Source of the DNA: Candidatus Gottesmanbacteria bacterium
GTDB lineage: Bacteria > Patescibacteriota > Microgenomatia > UBA10105 > UBA927
Assembly (NCBI GenBank): GCA_963714095.1
Contig: OY970230.1
Location: 70,206-134,205, forward strand
DNA: 64,000 nt
Direction: 5' to 3'
In this document: positions 9,117 through 21,262 of the stretch, one piece after another
How the letters are laid out: every line of letters starts with the position of its first letter
How positions within the stretch are numbered: position 1 is the first letter of the stretch
Made by a program: the position numbers and the translations under genes
The notes under the pieces: model-generated
The model's database searches: none
What the model was told of the DNA's origin: nothing
What the model saw: the letters and a program-made list of their open reading frames with translations, nothing else

Positions 9117-10937
9117 TTATATTTGTCCAGTTAGATTATATTTTTTAGCCGTTGCCTTCAAAAAGTTGTCAACATCTTTCCCAAACCAACCAAAAAACGA
9201 GGCAAAATTGTAAGTCTTGCTCCTTTGCCTTTTTATATCTTCAATCGCCTCAAAGATGAACTTATCGAATTGTTCATAATTTAAAGAGTTGTGTTTATCT
9301 GTTACAAAATAATTTTCTAATTCTGAATAACCTTTTTGTTGATATAGAGTTATTAATCTTTCTAGGATTGGGGATACTTTATCAGAATTCAGGTTTAAGA
9401 AACTAGCAAAATATGCAAACGGCGACTGCCAATAATCATATTCACCGTATACATTGCTTCTTAGTTCATTAATTTTGTATTCCGCTGTCCCATCCGGTAG
9501 CTGTGCCTTCAATTGATTAAACTCAACCTCTTTTAGTTTTTGTTGGGCCACCCAATTATGAATTAGCACTTGCGAGTTAAGTTCCTTGATTAAATCAAAA
9601 GATGCTAACCAATTTTCTTCGTCATCGTCATCATCGAAAACATCAGGTATTAAATAATTTTCTTTACTGGAGTAGTTACTCTTTTCGACAAAGTAATTAA
9701 TTAAGTTTTTATACGACTTTCCATCCGAAGTTCTTAGCTCAGCTATTCCTGAGTACTCTTCCTTGCCACTTGCACTTAAAAACATCATTAATCTGCTTTC
9801 ATGTTCATCTTCCCATTTTGTTTTCAGGTTAATTAGTTTTGAAATATAACTTGAGTTACCTAATTTAGTTGCATAAGCTCCAAGTAGATTAAAAGCAGTC
9901 ATACTCTCTAAAGATGGCAGGCTGAAAGATAAATTTTCATCCAAATATTTATGATTTTGGACAAATTGAATACCATAATTGGGTTTATATCCGTAGGCAT
10001 AAAGCTCTGCTAAAATTTGTAGTAGGCGGTCGAATATTGACGGGTATGATCTTGTTTTGATTAACTGACTACCAAGCAGAACCAGTTTACGTACAGCTGG
10101 CTGTAGCTGACTGACTTTTGCATCATGAGTTAAATCAGTAAGTGTTTCTAGATCTTCAGGTTTAATTGTGTCGTGTTTGGTTTTCTTCCAAGAGCCTATT
10201 GTATTTTGACGTAAATTTTCAATTAGCTCCCGAAGATAGATCGACCGTTCGCCTAAAATTAACTGCTTTATGATATTAAGAAAAATTTCATCCTCCTTAT
10301 AAATTAAAGACAAATCGAAATTTTCCGGTGAAATGAGTTCGTGTGCAAGTGTAGATACCTGTTTTGTTTTCAATGCTTCGCTTACCCTTATTTGTGTTCT
10401 TTTTTCAGTTAATTGTTCCACATATAAATCAAACATTTCATATAAGTCGTTCCTTGTAGCTCGCCGTTTTGAAGATGATCCACTTTTTCCACCGCCCTTG
10501 ATCCAAATTTCACCTAGGTTTAGGTAAGCTTCTTTACCTTGCTCTTTCATCTCCTTCTTGATCAAATGCGGTGGGGTTAATTTATCTTTGGGAAACTCTA
10601 TAACAATGAAGTGTTTATTATCTTTAGTAACAAAAGCGTGACTTTTAAAAGTTATTTCTGGATCAAAATAGGCTGAAAATAAGGAAACTAATTTTCCATC
10701 ATCAAATTCCTGGTAATTAGATACGTCTTTAAAGGTTTTATTGTTTTTATTGTATCCAACAACCAAATACCTGATTGGCTCTGGGGAAAGGGAATTGCAC
10801 AGACTTTGTACATCCTTAATAAATTCAGCTTTATTTTCCAATGTATTCCAATTTATTTGCTCTTTTACCTCAAAATGGGAATACTCACCAAGCTCTTCCT
10901 TTAACAGGTTTAGAATTTTTTGTTCTAGTTCTTCCAT
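9117..10937 (-). CDS. Schlafen/AlbA_2-domain protein with long unknown C-terminal region
   Basis: GEYSHFEVKE...EFIKDVQSLCNS...YLVVGY; last gene of the R-M transcription unit. Confidence 0.75.
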   Translation of the reverse strand: MEELEQKILNLLKEELGEYSHFEVKEQINWNTLENKAEFIKDVQSLCNSLSPEPIRYLVVGYNKNNKTFKDVSNYQEFDDGKLVSLFSAYFDPEITFKSHAFVTKDNKHFIVIEFPKDKLTPPHLIKKEMKEQGKEAYLNLGEIWIKGGGKSGSSSKRRATRNDLYEMFDLYVEQLTEKRTQIRVSEALKTKQVSTLAHELISPENFDLSLIYKEDEIFLNIIKQLILGERSIYLRELIENLRQNTIGSWKKTKHDTIKPEDLETLTDLTHDAKVSQLQPAVRKLVLLGSQLIKTRSYPSIFDRLLQILAELYAYGYKPNYGIQFVQNHKYLDENLSFSLPSLESMTAFNLLGAYATKLGNSSYISKLINLKTKWEDEHESRLMMFLSASGKEEYSGIAELRTSDGKSYKNLINYFVEKSNYSSKENYLIPDVFDDDDDEENWLASFDLIKELNSQVLIHNWVAQQKLKEVEFNQLKAQLPDGTAEYKINELRSNVYGEYDYWQSPFAYFASFLNLNSDKVSPILERLITLYQQKGYSELENYFVTDKHNSLNYEQFDKFIFEAIEDIKRQRSKTYNFASFFGWFGKDVDNFLKATAKKYNLTGQI

Positions 10938-10953
10938 ATATATTCCGATTAGG

Positions 10954-11687
10954 TTAATAAATCCACTTTTCGTATGATAACGGCATTTTATTTAATTCAT
11001 CTTTGAACATTCTCCACTTCGGTATGTTTTTGTCCATCAATTTCAAAAAGGCGTCGTTGTGCTTTTTCTCTGTCAAATGACAGAATTCATGCACTAGTAC
11101 GTATTCGATGCAAGCCGAGGGCTTTTTAATTAATTCTAAATTAAGCCAGATTGATTTTTTTTGCTGATTACATGATCCCAACGGGTCTTCATGTGCCTTA
11201 TACCAACTTTATTTACTTTGACATTCATTTTCTTTTCCCATTTTATAATTAATTTATCGATAACTTGCTTTAGTTGAATCCGGTACCATTTTGAGAATTG
11301 ATATCCTCTATTATCAAGAGATGTACCCTTCAAGATCTCCAAAATAATTTGTGTTTTACCTTTAATAGATATGTTGGATTTATCGTTAGTTTCCACAACT
11401 TTAAGTCTGTATGGTTTTCCTAAAAAGTAGTGACTTTCACCACTGACGTATTCACGAATCGATTGTCTTTTTTGGTTTTGAAATTTTATTTGTTGTTTCT
11501 TAATCCAAGAGGATCGAGAGATAATTGCCATCCTGATGGCTTCATCCTTCATTTTCAAAGGTGAGGTGATTCTTACCCTGCCAGTCGGAGGCAATACCGA
11601 TACATGAAGATTCTTAATATTCTTTTTTATAACTTGAATCGGTATACCCCTAATTGAAATAGTCTGTTTATCATTATCGGTATTCAT
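10954..11687 (-). pseudogene. YgjP/M48-like (SprT-type) metallopeptidase, one frameshift near 11180
   Basis: MKTRW/GSC, YVLVHEFCH (HExxH); usual partner downstream of hsdR. Confidence 0.85.
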
Positions 11688-14600
11688 TTTGTTCTTTGAC
11701 TAATGCAAAGATCCGATCAAATTCCTCATCGGACACATCTGAAAGGATCTGTCGTAAGTTAATTTTCACCATTCTTTCTTTGATTTTGTTCCCAATCCAA
11801 TCATCTGGGCGGTTTCTCATACCGGTATCAACGTTTAAAGCTAATTCTTCGTCCTGATTCAAATTATCATATAAAGATTGTTTGGCACGTGTATTGACGC
11901 TAGCTGGATAGTGTCCATTTTTACTCGGATCGTTAACTTGTTTTGTTAAATCAGTAATTTGCCGTAAATACTCTTGATACTCCAACGCTTCCTGCCGTCT
12001 GTCCCTAACTAATTGATCAAGAATTTCCGACATTCTCTGGAAATATTTTGGGTTGGTCGGCATCTCATCAATAATTAATCGCCTGACATTATTTTCAATA
12101 GTTTCCGCCACCGCATCTTTATTTTTCTTCATCTCATCCGGTAGATTATCAACTGCCTCTGGGCCTTTGGAAGCTAACATATCAACTAGGGACAAATCAT
12201 CAAAGGCGGAAAATTCTCTGATTCACGAGCGGTTATGTATCGGTCAATCAACATTCGCATATCTGGCTCATATTTTTTGAGATCGATGTAATCGCCGCTG
12301 GCTAGTTTGATCTCGGTCTTTACCTGGCTATAATGTTCAATTTCAATCCTAATCGCGTTTGCTTTCGATTCATCAAATCCTGCCTCAGTTAATTCGTTGG
12401 CAATTTCAGCAAATACCCGAACCAAGTGGGCCGTCATTCGATATAATTTAACCCGTTTAAATTCGTTTTCTTTAAGCGAGTAGGGATTTTCAATATCTCC
12501 ACAGAAATATTTGATGTAATCAACACTTGTTTTAGGAGGGGCCACTGGTTCACAAAGCGCCCGAACCTGTTCAAGTGCTTCTTCCAAATCCTCCTTACCT
12601 TGTCCAAGACGATCCTTAAGAAGTCCCAAAACATCTTCCTTGTCATAGGCGGCAAAAGCTTCACTGGTATAGTCTGTAACAGCCTTTCCAGCTTCTTAAA
12701 AAGATCCCGATAGTCAATAATAAAACCATATTCTTTGTCTTCACCATGTAATCGATTAACTCGGCAAATAGCCTGGAATAACCCATGATCCTGCATGTTT
12801 TTATCAACATACAAATATGTTGCTGGTGGGGCATCAAATCCGGTCAGAAGTTTATCAACCACGATCAGAAGCTGCATCTTGGCGGGTTGCTTAATAAATA
12901 GCTCTTTAACTTGTCTTTCAAAAGCTTCGATTTCTGTTTCATTGGGCTTTTTGGTAATTCCCCCAAAGTTGTTCTTAAAGTTATCAAGCATCTTTTGGTA
13001 AATAGCATATTCGCGATCTTAGGTATTAAGAGCCCCAGCTTCATAAGAGGTCACAATCGCACAATTTTTAAATCCTTTGTTTTGGAAAATTTCATAATAC
13101 TGGCAGGCTTCATAAATTGAACTGGCTACGAGCATGGCATTACCTCGACCGCTGGCAAGTCTTGGTTTCATGAAGTCATCATCCAAAATATCAAACACAA
13201 CTCTTTCTAGCCTAATCCCGGAACTGAGTAATGTTTGCATCGTACCCCAGCGTTTTTTTAACTCTGCTTTGGCAACATCGGTGAGCCCTTGGGTTCGGTC
13301 TTCAAACCAGGCGTCAATCTTGCTCTGGGAAGTAATATCCTGATCCACTCTTCGTGCTTCATACCGTAAATCCAAAACAACCTTATCTTTGACTGCTTCG
13401 TCATACTTATAGGTGTGAATAAAATTCCCAAATGTGGCAATACTATTATGTTTATCGACAGACAAAAGTGGTGTACCAGTAAACCCGATAAAAGTGGCTT
13501 TGGGAAGTAATTCCAGCATGGCTTCATGCAACTTGCCGCCATGGGTACGATGACACTCATCAACAAAGACAAAAATATCCCCTTTGGCTTTGAAGTCACT
13601 TGGAAGATTCTTCTTTATTTCGTTGATAAACTGATCAACATCCTGATCGTTTGCCCCTTCTCTTGATCCGAATTTATGAATTAGAGAACAGATTAGCCAT
13701 TTTTCTTCCTGATTGAGTTTGGTGATTAAGTCTTTAGAATTTTTAGTTCTGTAGATATTTTCTCCAACCCCCCTAAATACCCCCTCAATTTGTTCATCCA
13801 ATTCCGTCCGGTCTGTAAGTATCAATACACGTGACGAAGTTATACTTTCCCTGATCCATTTTGCTAACCAAACCATGGTTAAACTCTTACCGCTGCCTTG
13901 GGTGTGCCAGATAATTCCACCTTCATGCCGTTTGACATATTCCTGAGCTGCTTTTACCCCAAAAAATTGGTTATGTCTGGCTAGTTTTTTACTGCCACTA
14001 TCAAAGACTTCAAAGTCATGGATTATTTCCAGAAACCTTTCCTTTTCACAAAATTGGAGAATATGTTTATCCAGACGAATCTCGTCATCGAGTCCTTTCT
14101 CTTTCCAGGATAGGTAATATTCTTAGCTGTCTCAATCGTGCCGTAGCGCATACCCTCGGTATCATTACCAGCCATGAGTATTTGTATAGTGGTAAAGAAG
14201 TTTTTTATATATTCATTCTTCTGGTTGCCGATATTTGCCGGAGAGCTTCTGAAACCGAGACAATACTTCTTTTTAGTTCAATAACGCCTAAAGCAATACC
14301 ATTCACATAAATCACAATATCGGGTCGCTTCGTCTTTTGTCCCTTTATAGTAACTTCTCGGCAATCGCAAAATCATTTGCTTGAGGATTCGCCCAATCAA
14401 TAAGCCAAACTGTTTCTGTTTGTTCACCAACACCGGCTTTTACCTTAACTCCATAGCGAAGCATACTGTAGATGCTTTGATTAAGATCGTACAAGCTTTG
14501 GATTTGATTTGTCGCAACTCTGGTGAGCTCAAAAATAGCTTTGTCGATCAAATTATCGCTATAGCCCCGAGCCTTGAGGTTATTTCTAAGGAATTCTTCT

Positions 14601-14734
14601 TCGATATTACTGTTGCCTTCACGATCTTCCCAGTTACCGAGATAGTCATAGTGAAGTCGATCACGAAAAAGGGCGACTATCCTATTTTGCGTTTTACGTT
14701 CTATTTGACCAACTTTAGGTGATTGTGTTTCCAT
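11674..14734 (-). pseudogene. hsdR: Type I restriction subunit R (several frameshifts)
   Basis: RPDIVIYVNGIALGVIELK; IWHTQGSGKSLTM; DECHR; FTGTP; LLTGFDAP; QAICRVNR across successive frames. Confidence 0.9.
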
Positions 14735-14735
14735 A

Positions 14736-15996
14736 TTAATTTTTAATCAATCTAATTTTTCCGGTTAATAATACTTGCATTGCACCTTGCTTAATTTGAT
14801 TATACTTATCAAGTTTCTGTTCTAGTTTTTCAATTTCTGAGTCCATGTTTATGAGATTTGCTATAGCAGCCTGTTCGGTCTTCTTGGGGGGCAATTTAAC
14901 AAAGATTTCTCTAATTATCGAAAGATTCAATCCGCCACGACCCTCTCCACCAGTTGATAAACTTCAATTTCGTCGTAACGATTATCAAAATTGTAATAAA
15001 GAAAATCTGAATCATGGACATCTGACGGTAAAATTGCAGCAATTGATTGGTTAATACACAGATCGACTTTATTAATTGCAGCCGTGCCACGTGTTTTACC
15101 TTGACCAGCCAAGCCAATCAAGACACATCCGGCTGGAACGACTTGCATACTGGATTCTTGAACCCTTTTTCGGTTATTCGCCCTTCCACATTAAATATTT
15201 TTTTGTTGTTAAGCTCCCCTGAGCTCATCCATTTAATATCCCCACCCCAATAACTTTGAATTAAAATATTGGGAGTTCCTCCGGAAGTACAATCAGTAAA
15301 TTCAATAATCTTTCTCACTTCCCATTTTCCACTAAACCCTGGAAGGCGTCGTTTGCCGGTCAGAAGTTCCTGCATCGCTCCTTGTTTTATCTCCTTCTTC
15401 TTGGCAATTATTTTTTCTAGATTTTCAATTAATATGTCAGTTTCTGAAAGAACAGAAGTAATTGCAGATTGTTCTGTTTTAGTACCTGGTACTGATAGTA
15501 ATAATTTTTCCAAATCGCCAGCATATATATGGAAAACTGTTGATCCTTTTACAAGCCTTAAGACAGAATTTTTGTTTTGAGCTATATAGTAGCTAAGAAA
15601 TAACCCATCGTATTCGGGTTGCAGCCTAACTACCAAAATTCCACCCCCAAGTATTATTCCTGATTCTTCTATACAGCTTGCAGTTGCCAAGCCTTTTGGT
15701 GTTACATCTGATGTGGGAACCAATACATCGTTCTTAACCGATAAAACATATCCTGTTCGTTTATATGTTCTACTTTTTACTTCTTTAATTAATTCTTTAT
15801 ACTTTGTGAATAACTCTCCATAATGAATGCATTTATAAGGGCCATAGTCACTTAGGTCTGATTTTGACAACCCTCTACCATGTTGAAATGTTAACACGAT
15901 TTCACTTAACTGTTTTACATTCCAATCTCCAGGAATTACTCCGACCTCGGTCTGTTTATATCCCGATGGTATACTTTGTGTTCCTATGCCATTCAT
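14736..15996 (-). pseudogene. hsdS: Type I specificity subunit S (frameshifted 3' half)
   Basis: GYKQTEVGVIPGDW; EQSAITSVLS; KQGAMQELLTGKRRL; second TRD starting SGGTP; ends QVLLTGKIRL. Confidence 0.9.
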
Positions 15997-18433
15997 ATTT
16001 AAATCTAAAACCCATTTTTTTTAAATGCTCATTAACTTTTTGCTCAAGAGTTTTAACTTCGGAGGCGATTTGTGGGAGTGTTTCATCGTAACGTTCAGCC
16101 AATTCTTTTACCCTTTCGGTTAGTTTCTTTGCAACTTTTTCTATTTCTCCAGTGATTGCTTCTTCTAACGCTCGCAACCATTTTTTACCAATAACCAATG
16201 TCTTTACCTCGTCAATTGAAAGTTTTGGATACTTCTCGATAACTTTCCTTTCAAGTAGGAAATATTTAGTTTTAATTTCTCTTTTTAGATCCGCTTCCTT
16301 ATCCGATAAATTCTGGTATTTTTCCAATATCTCCAATTCATCGGCTGAATCTGGGTCGTGTTTAATTTCTTTTATCCGTTTAGTTAGAAGCCCTTTATTT
16401 ACTTTTTCATTTTCAATTACATCGGCAAGCAATCCATCTTCACCACCGTGTTCTTCCTTTATTTCTTCCATTGAAGCGGTTGCTGTTTCCAAATCCGATT
16501 CCAACTTTTCAATTTCTGTCTTTTCAATTTGGAAGTATTCACTGATAAGGAGAGATGGAGGAATTAATCGACCCTCCAACCCTTCCAAGCCTTCAATGTC
16601 TTTCTTTTTCTTATCCTTATTTTCTTTTTGGAGTCGAATAACTTGATTTCCTGCCTCCCAACCATCTGCGACGAGTGTGTACAGGTCGTCCTGCATGGTT
16701 GACCCCCAGAAGTTCATCAAATGTTGATAGATGTCATAAGTGTCAATTAGTGGGGCAACTCTAAAAGCGGTAAGAATACTATCGCCAAGTTCACTGATAA
16801 ATACTTTTGGATGATCTGCTATTTTAATGGAGAGCATTTTGGGTTTATTACTTTCCACCCATTTTTTGAATAAACCCATAATCGCAACTTGATATTTGCC
16901 GAATTCCTGATGGTTATAGATGGTATTGCGGATTTCATCTTTTTCGATATTGATCTTAAATGTTTTGGGCCTATCGCCTTTAACAAAAAGGGTATTTTCT
17001 AATGAGGGGAAACTATTCCAATAGGCCTGCAACGCCTTAACATCATGCTCCGGAATTCCACCTTTTAAATGTGATTCGATATCTTGGATGTCCTCTTCTT
17101 CCTGGGTATCAATATATCTGGGGATATTGAGGTTGTATTCATTTTTCTCTATTTCTTCATTGGTGACAAAACGAGAGAATTTTGGCACCTCTGATTGGCT
17201 ATTGAAAACATCAATGATTTTTCGCATATCCTGTTCACGCAGCCGATTCTTATTACCTTCTTTGATAAATCCCTTAGAAGCATCAATCATAAAGAGACCT
17301 TTACGACTAGCAGCTCCTTCTTTATCCAAAACGATAATACAGGCTGGGATACCGGTCCCATAAAATAGATTTGCCGGAAGCCCGATAATTCCTTTGATAT
17401 ATCCACGCTTAATAATGTTTTGTCTGATTCCGGCTTCTGCATTTCCTCGGAATAAAACACCATGAGGCAAAATAACTGCGCCTTTGCCGGTACTTTTCAT
17501 CGACTTAAGGATGTGAAGAAGAAAGGCATAGTCGCCATTTTTTACCGGAGGAATGCCGAAGCCGTCAAAGCGGCCAAATGCGTCATTGGATGGATCAAAA
17601 CCAGTTGTCCAGGCTTTGTAGGAAAAAGGCGGATTGGCAACGACGTAGTCGAATGTTTTAAGTGAACCGTCAGGTGATAAATGAAGAGGACTTGATAGCG
17701 TGCTCTGACCCTTTTTGATTTCTGCCAGGGGGTTATTGTGTAACCACATGTTCATAATGGCAAGTGCCGCGGTGGAGTTATCCATTTCCTGACCATAAAT
17801 GCTAATTCCTTTGGGAGTTTCATCGGCTACCTTGAGAAGTAATGAGCCACTTCCGCAAGTCGGATCGTAAACAGTATTATTTAATCCTTCAGCCTCTTCA
17901 GCTTTAATAATCCTCGCCATGATTAGGGATGCCTTTGCTCGGGGTATAAAACTGACCCTTACTTTTTCCGGATTCAGTTGCGAAGTGTTTCATGAGGTAT
18001 TCATAGGCATCACCCAAAATGTCATCTCCATCGGCCCTATTTTTTGAAAAGTTTAAATCGGGATTTTGAAAAATTCCCACCAAGTTAGATAGACGATCGA
18101 CCATATCTTTGCCGTGACCTCGTTTGTCCTCATCATTGAAATCTACCTGATCAATAACGCCTTTGAGTTCGTTTGCTTCAGCAAGTTTGGCAACTACTTT
18201 GTAATGCCTTCACCAATATCAGATTTACCTTTGAGATCGATCATGTCAGAAAAACTTCCGCCCTCGGGTATTTCGACGAGTGCGTGAGATTTTCCGGCAT
18301 ATTTATCCGAAACATATTTGACGAAAAGGAGAACTAAAACGTAATCTTTATACTGTGAAGCGTCCATTCCACCCCGAAGTTCATCACGACTCACCCATGG
18401 GGAACTGTAAAGTTGTGATTTTCTTAATGCCAT
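15956..18433 (-). pseudogene. hsdM: Type I modification subunit M (m6A), frameshifted near 5' end
   Basis: MALRKSQLYS...LRGGMDASQYKDY; GQFYTP; YDPTCGSGSLL; VANPPF; LPHGVLFRG. Confidence 0.92.
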
Positions 18434-18568
18434 AATTATTTCGATACAACTGAAATTATTTTGGTTCTGAATCACTGTTAACTATTATAGTACGTTATGG
18501 CTAAAACTGCTTCAGTCTAATGAATCGAGGGTCTTGCCCTATATTTTGTAACAGATAAAATTATCAAT

Positions 18569-19655
18569 ATGTTTCAGTATCTTCACAATAAAAGTTATTA
18601 CGAGGATTTATACGACCTCCGCACCATTGAGGAATGCTTAAAGTGGTATTGGGATTTACATGACGAAATGGAACAACACCGGACAGAGATAAAAGGAAAA
18701 GAAGCTGAAATTGATTTTGAAAAAGCGTTCAATATCTGTAGCTTCACCGCAAATACCATAGCAATTGAACGATATCGCCATAAAAGAGCGACACTAGATG
18801 AATGGATGAGTAAGGACAGACGAATCCAGGAAATATTTGATAGCGCAACAGCACCTCATACAGATTGTGACAAATGTAATTCACCCATGAAAGTGATTGA
18901 TAAGACCCTCCACGATGCTGATGACAATAATCCTAAAGTAACTTTTATGTATGAATGCGAAGCCTGCAAATTTCGAAAGATTCTATACTCAGACGGGTCA
19001 GCCTGGGATTACATCGCACCAAGATGCCCGAAATGTAGCTCAAAACTTAAGAATAAATATTCTAAAAAGGTAAAATCCTAACTGAAACAATTTCCTGCAC
19101 TAAATGTGATTATAAAAATGTTGAAATAACTGATTTAAAGAAAAATCGACTAATTCAAGAAAAAGAAAGTGAACAGCGTGACCAGTTACTTAAAAAGTAT
19201 CGTGTCCGATTTTGTCTTGATGATATCGAAGGACCTCAAGAAGTACTTAATTTGGATAATATCCGCAGATTTAATAATGAACAAAAAGAAAAAGATAAGA
19301 AGAAAAAGATTCAATCTTTCAAAAAGCTAAAAAACTTAATACTTTAAAATTGAATCAGCTAAAAGAACTTATTTCTAAGGCAATCATAGATAAAGGTTAT
19401 GCTGATTTACAGTTTTCTCAACCTGAAATGGGTAAATTCGTCATAGTCGAATTTACCGCAACAGATAGTAAAGATGATCGGGTTGAATTTGATAGCACAA
19501 ATACTATAAGGAAAACAATAATAAGTACGCTTGAGACGACTAATTGGCGACTAATGAGTGATGGAATACAGTACAGGTTAGGAATTGTGACCGGCAGACT
19601 CAAAGCTTACGAGCAGGAAATTGATCTCGTGCAATTAGTTCGAAACAAGGAATAA
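18569..19655 (+). pseudogene. Multi-CxxC (Zn-ribbon) hypothetical protein, split by indels
   Basis: CDKC, CEAC, CPKC, and CTKC in the next frame; continuous coding through 19350-19655. Confidence 0.6.
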
Positions 19656-19666
19656 GAATACTGATC

Positions 19667-20689
19667 CTAGCCGACTATAGCCTTATATGTATCCGGCTTT
19701 GATAACTCTGTTACCAAAAAATCAATCCAGTTTTGATTATAAAGAAAATATTTGATCGCTTCCTTATAATCACAATATATTGAATCGTACTTCCAGGAGC
19801 CGTCTTTTTGTTTAGTTCGAATTTTGAAATACTTCCATGCTCTGGCATGGTGAGGATTTGCTTTAAACGGTTTTTTTAATCGATTTTGAACCTCACTAGC
19901 CACATCTGAAGCTCTATATTTATATGGATCATCATGTACGATTTTTTGTATAACTGATGCAGGTTTCAATTCACCGACCAACTTTAATGTAGGTTTACCA
20001 TTTTTTTCAACAAATTGACCTTCTCTAATAAATTTCAGTTTGGGAATTAGTTCATCATCTATTAGCACTATTCCAGATGTGCCTTCGATTTTACCTCTTA
20101 CTGTATCGAGAATGGCCGCATTGCTTGGACCAATTTTTACCATTCGTTCCAGATGCTCTTGCCATGCCCGTCGCTCTTTTGTTAATTTAGAATCTAAAAT
20201 TTGTCTCAACTCAGAATACCTAATCTTTTGTGATCTGCCAGTATAACGATAGTATATCTCGCCATTTTTTATTTCCTGTCCACGTCCACCATCCTTGAGT
20301 GCAATTACAGGTTTATCAATAGATTCCGAGATGTAAATTATTCCGAATTGTTTCCCTGCAATATCAATAACTGATTTTTGCCAATCTATTGATGGAGCAA
20401 AATATTCGTTAACAAATCCCGTAATTTTTTGTTCATCTATTTTATCGAATGTTGAACCATCAATACCAGTCAGGGTGTGGGGTGAATCTTCTACACCAAA
20501 TACCAGATACCCACCTGTATTATTTGAAAAAGCAGCGAAATCCTTCAAATAGTCAGCTATTTCTGCAAAATTAAAGTTTTCTTTGAATTCAAGTTTAGTT
20601 GATTCTCTAGTAAGCAAATAATTCCCAGATTTATGAATGCGAAATATTTGAGATTCAAGAATATTTTTATCGAACACATCATGATCCAT
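19667..20689 (-). CDS. Schlafen/AlbA_2 protein with EC042_2821-like C-terminal domain
   Basis: RESTKLEFKE...LKDFAAFSNNTGGYLVFGVED; C-terminal YC...YNQNWIDFL. Confidence 0.8.
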   Translation of the reverse strand: MDHDVFDKNILESQIFRIHKSGNYLLTRESTKLEFKENFNFAEIADYLKDFAAFSNNTGGYLVFGVEDSPHTLTGIDGSTFDKIDEQKITGFVNEYFAPSIDWQKSVIDIAGKQFGIIYISESIDKPVIALKDGGRGQEIKNGEIYYRYTGRSQKIRYSELRQILDSKLTKERRAWQEHLERMVKIGPSNAAILDTVRGKIEGTSGIVLIDDELIPKLKFIREGQFVEKNGKPTLKLVGELKPASVIQKIVHDDPYKYRASDVASEVQNRLKKPFKANPHHARAWKYFKIRTKQKDGSWKYDSIYCDYKEAIKYFLYNQNWIDFLVTELSKPDTYKAIVG

Positions 20690-20728
20690 AGGCCCTCATA
20701 AAATTCTACCGGTAATTATACGCCATAT

Positions 20729-20865
20729 GTGGGGTAAGGGGTCTTGCCCCTCATTTTGCAAGGGTTTCCGTTTCACTCCAATAAACTGCGCTTCGCTTGC
20801 CCTTGCCCAACTCACCCCGCTTTAAGAATTCCAAGTATTGGAAGCATGGGCATGCTTCCAAATAC
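20729..20865. promoter_or_regulatory. Nested stem-loop region (candidate ssDNA promoter / oriT / sso)
   Basis: Paired arms 20729-38/20811-20, 20758-64/20800-06, 20737-41/20747-51, and a perfect 11-bp IR 20838-48/20851-61. Confidence 0.45.
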
Positions 20866-20906
20866 ATTAATTTTCCGGAAGCAGCAAAAAAAGGAGGTGA
20901 ATAATA

Positions 20907-21220
20907 ATGCAACTATTAACTAAAGAACTATTAAACAGATTCGAGAAAGTTGGCAGACAAGAAGAAGTCAGCGATCCGATTGTCATCGCTAAGTTTTTCA
21001 ATCCTGCCGGAGCCGGTACCTGGTATGCGACGGAATACGATCCGAATCAAAAGAATTTTTCGGATACGTTTCCATCTTTGGCGACTGGAACGATGAATGG
21101 GGATCGTTTGCTCTTTCAGAGCTCGAAAACTACCGAGGAAAGTTCGGCTTAGGCATTGAGCGCGATAGATATTTTGGTGAGAAACCGATCAGTGAGGTAG
21201 TACCAAAAGCCAAATTGTAA
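20907..21220 (+). pseudogene. DUF2958-family protein (one frameshift near 21055)
   Basis: KFFNPAGAGTWYATEYD then FFGYVSIFGDWNDEWGSFALSEL...GLGIERD; strong SD AAGGAGGTGA. Confidence 0.8.
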
Positions 21221-21230
21221 CGGTTAGTAT

Positions 21231-21262
21231 AAACAGCCCTGTGAGTAATCATGGGGCTGTTT
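21231..21262. terminator. Bidirectional intrinsic terminator between convergent genes
   Basis: AAACAGCCCTGTGA-GTAA-TCATGGGGCTGTTT hairpin. Confidence 0.65.
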
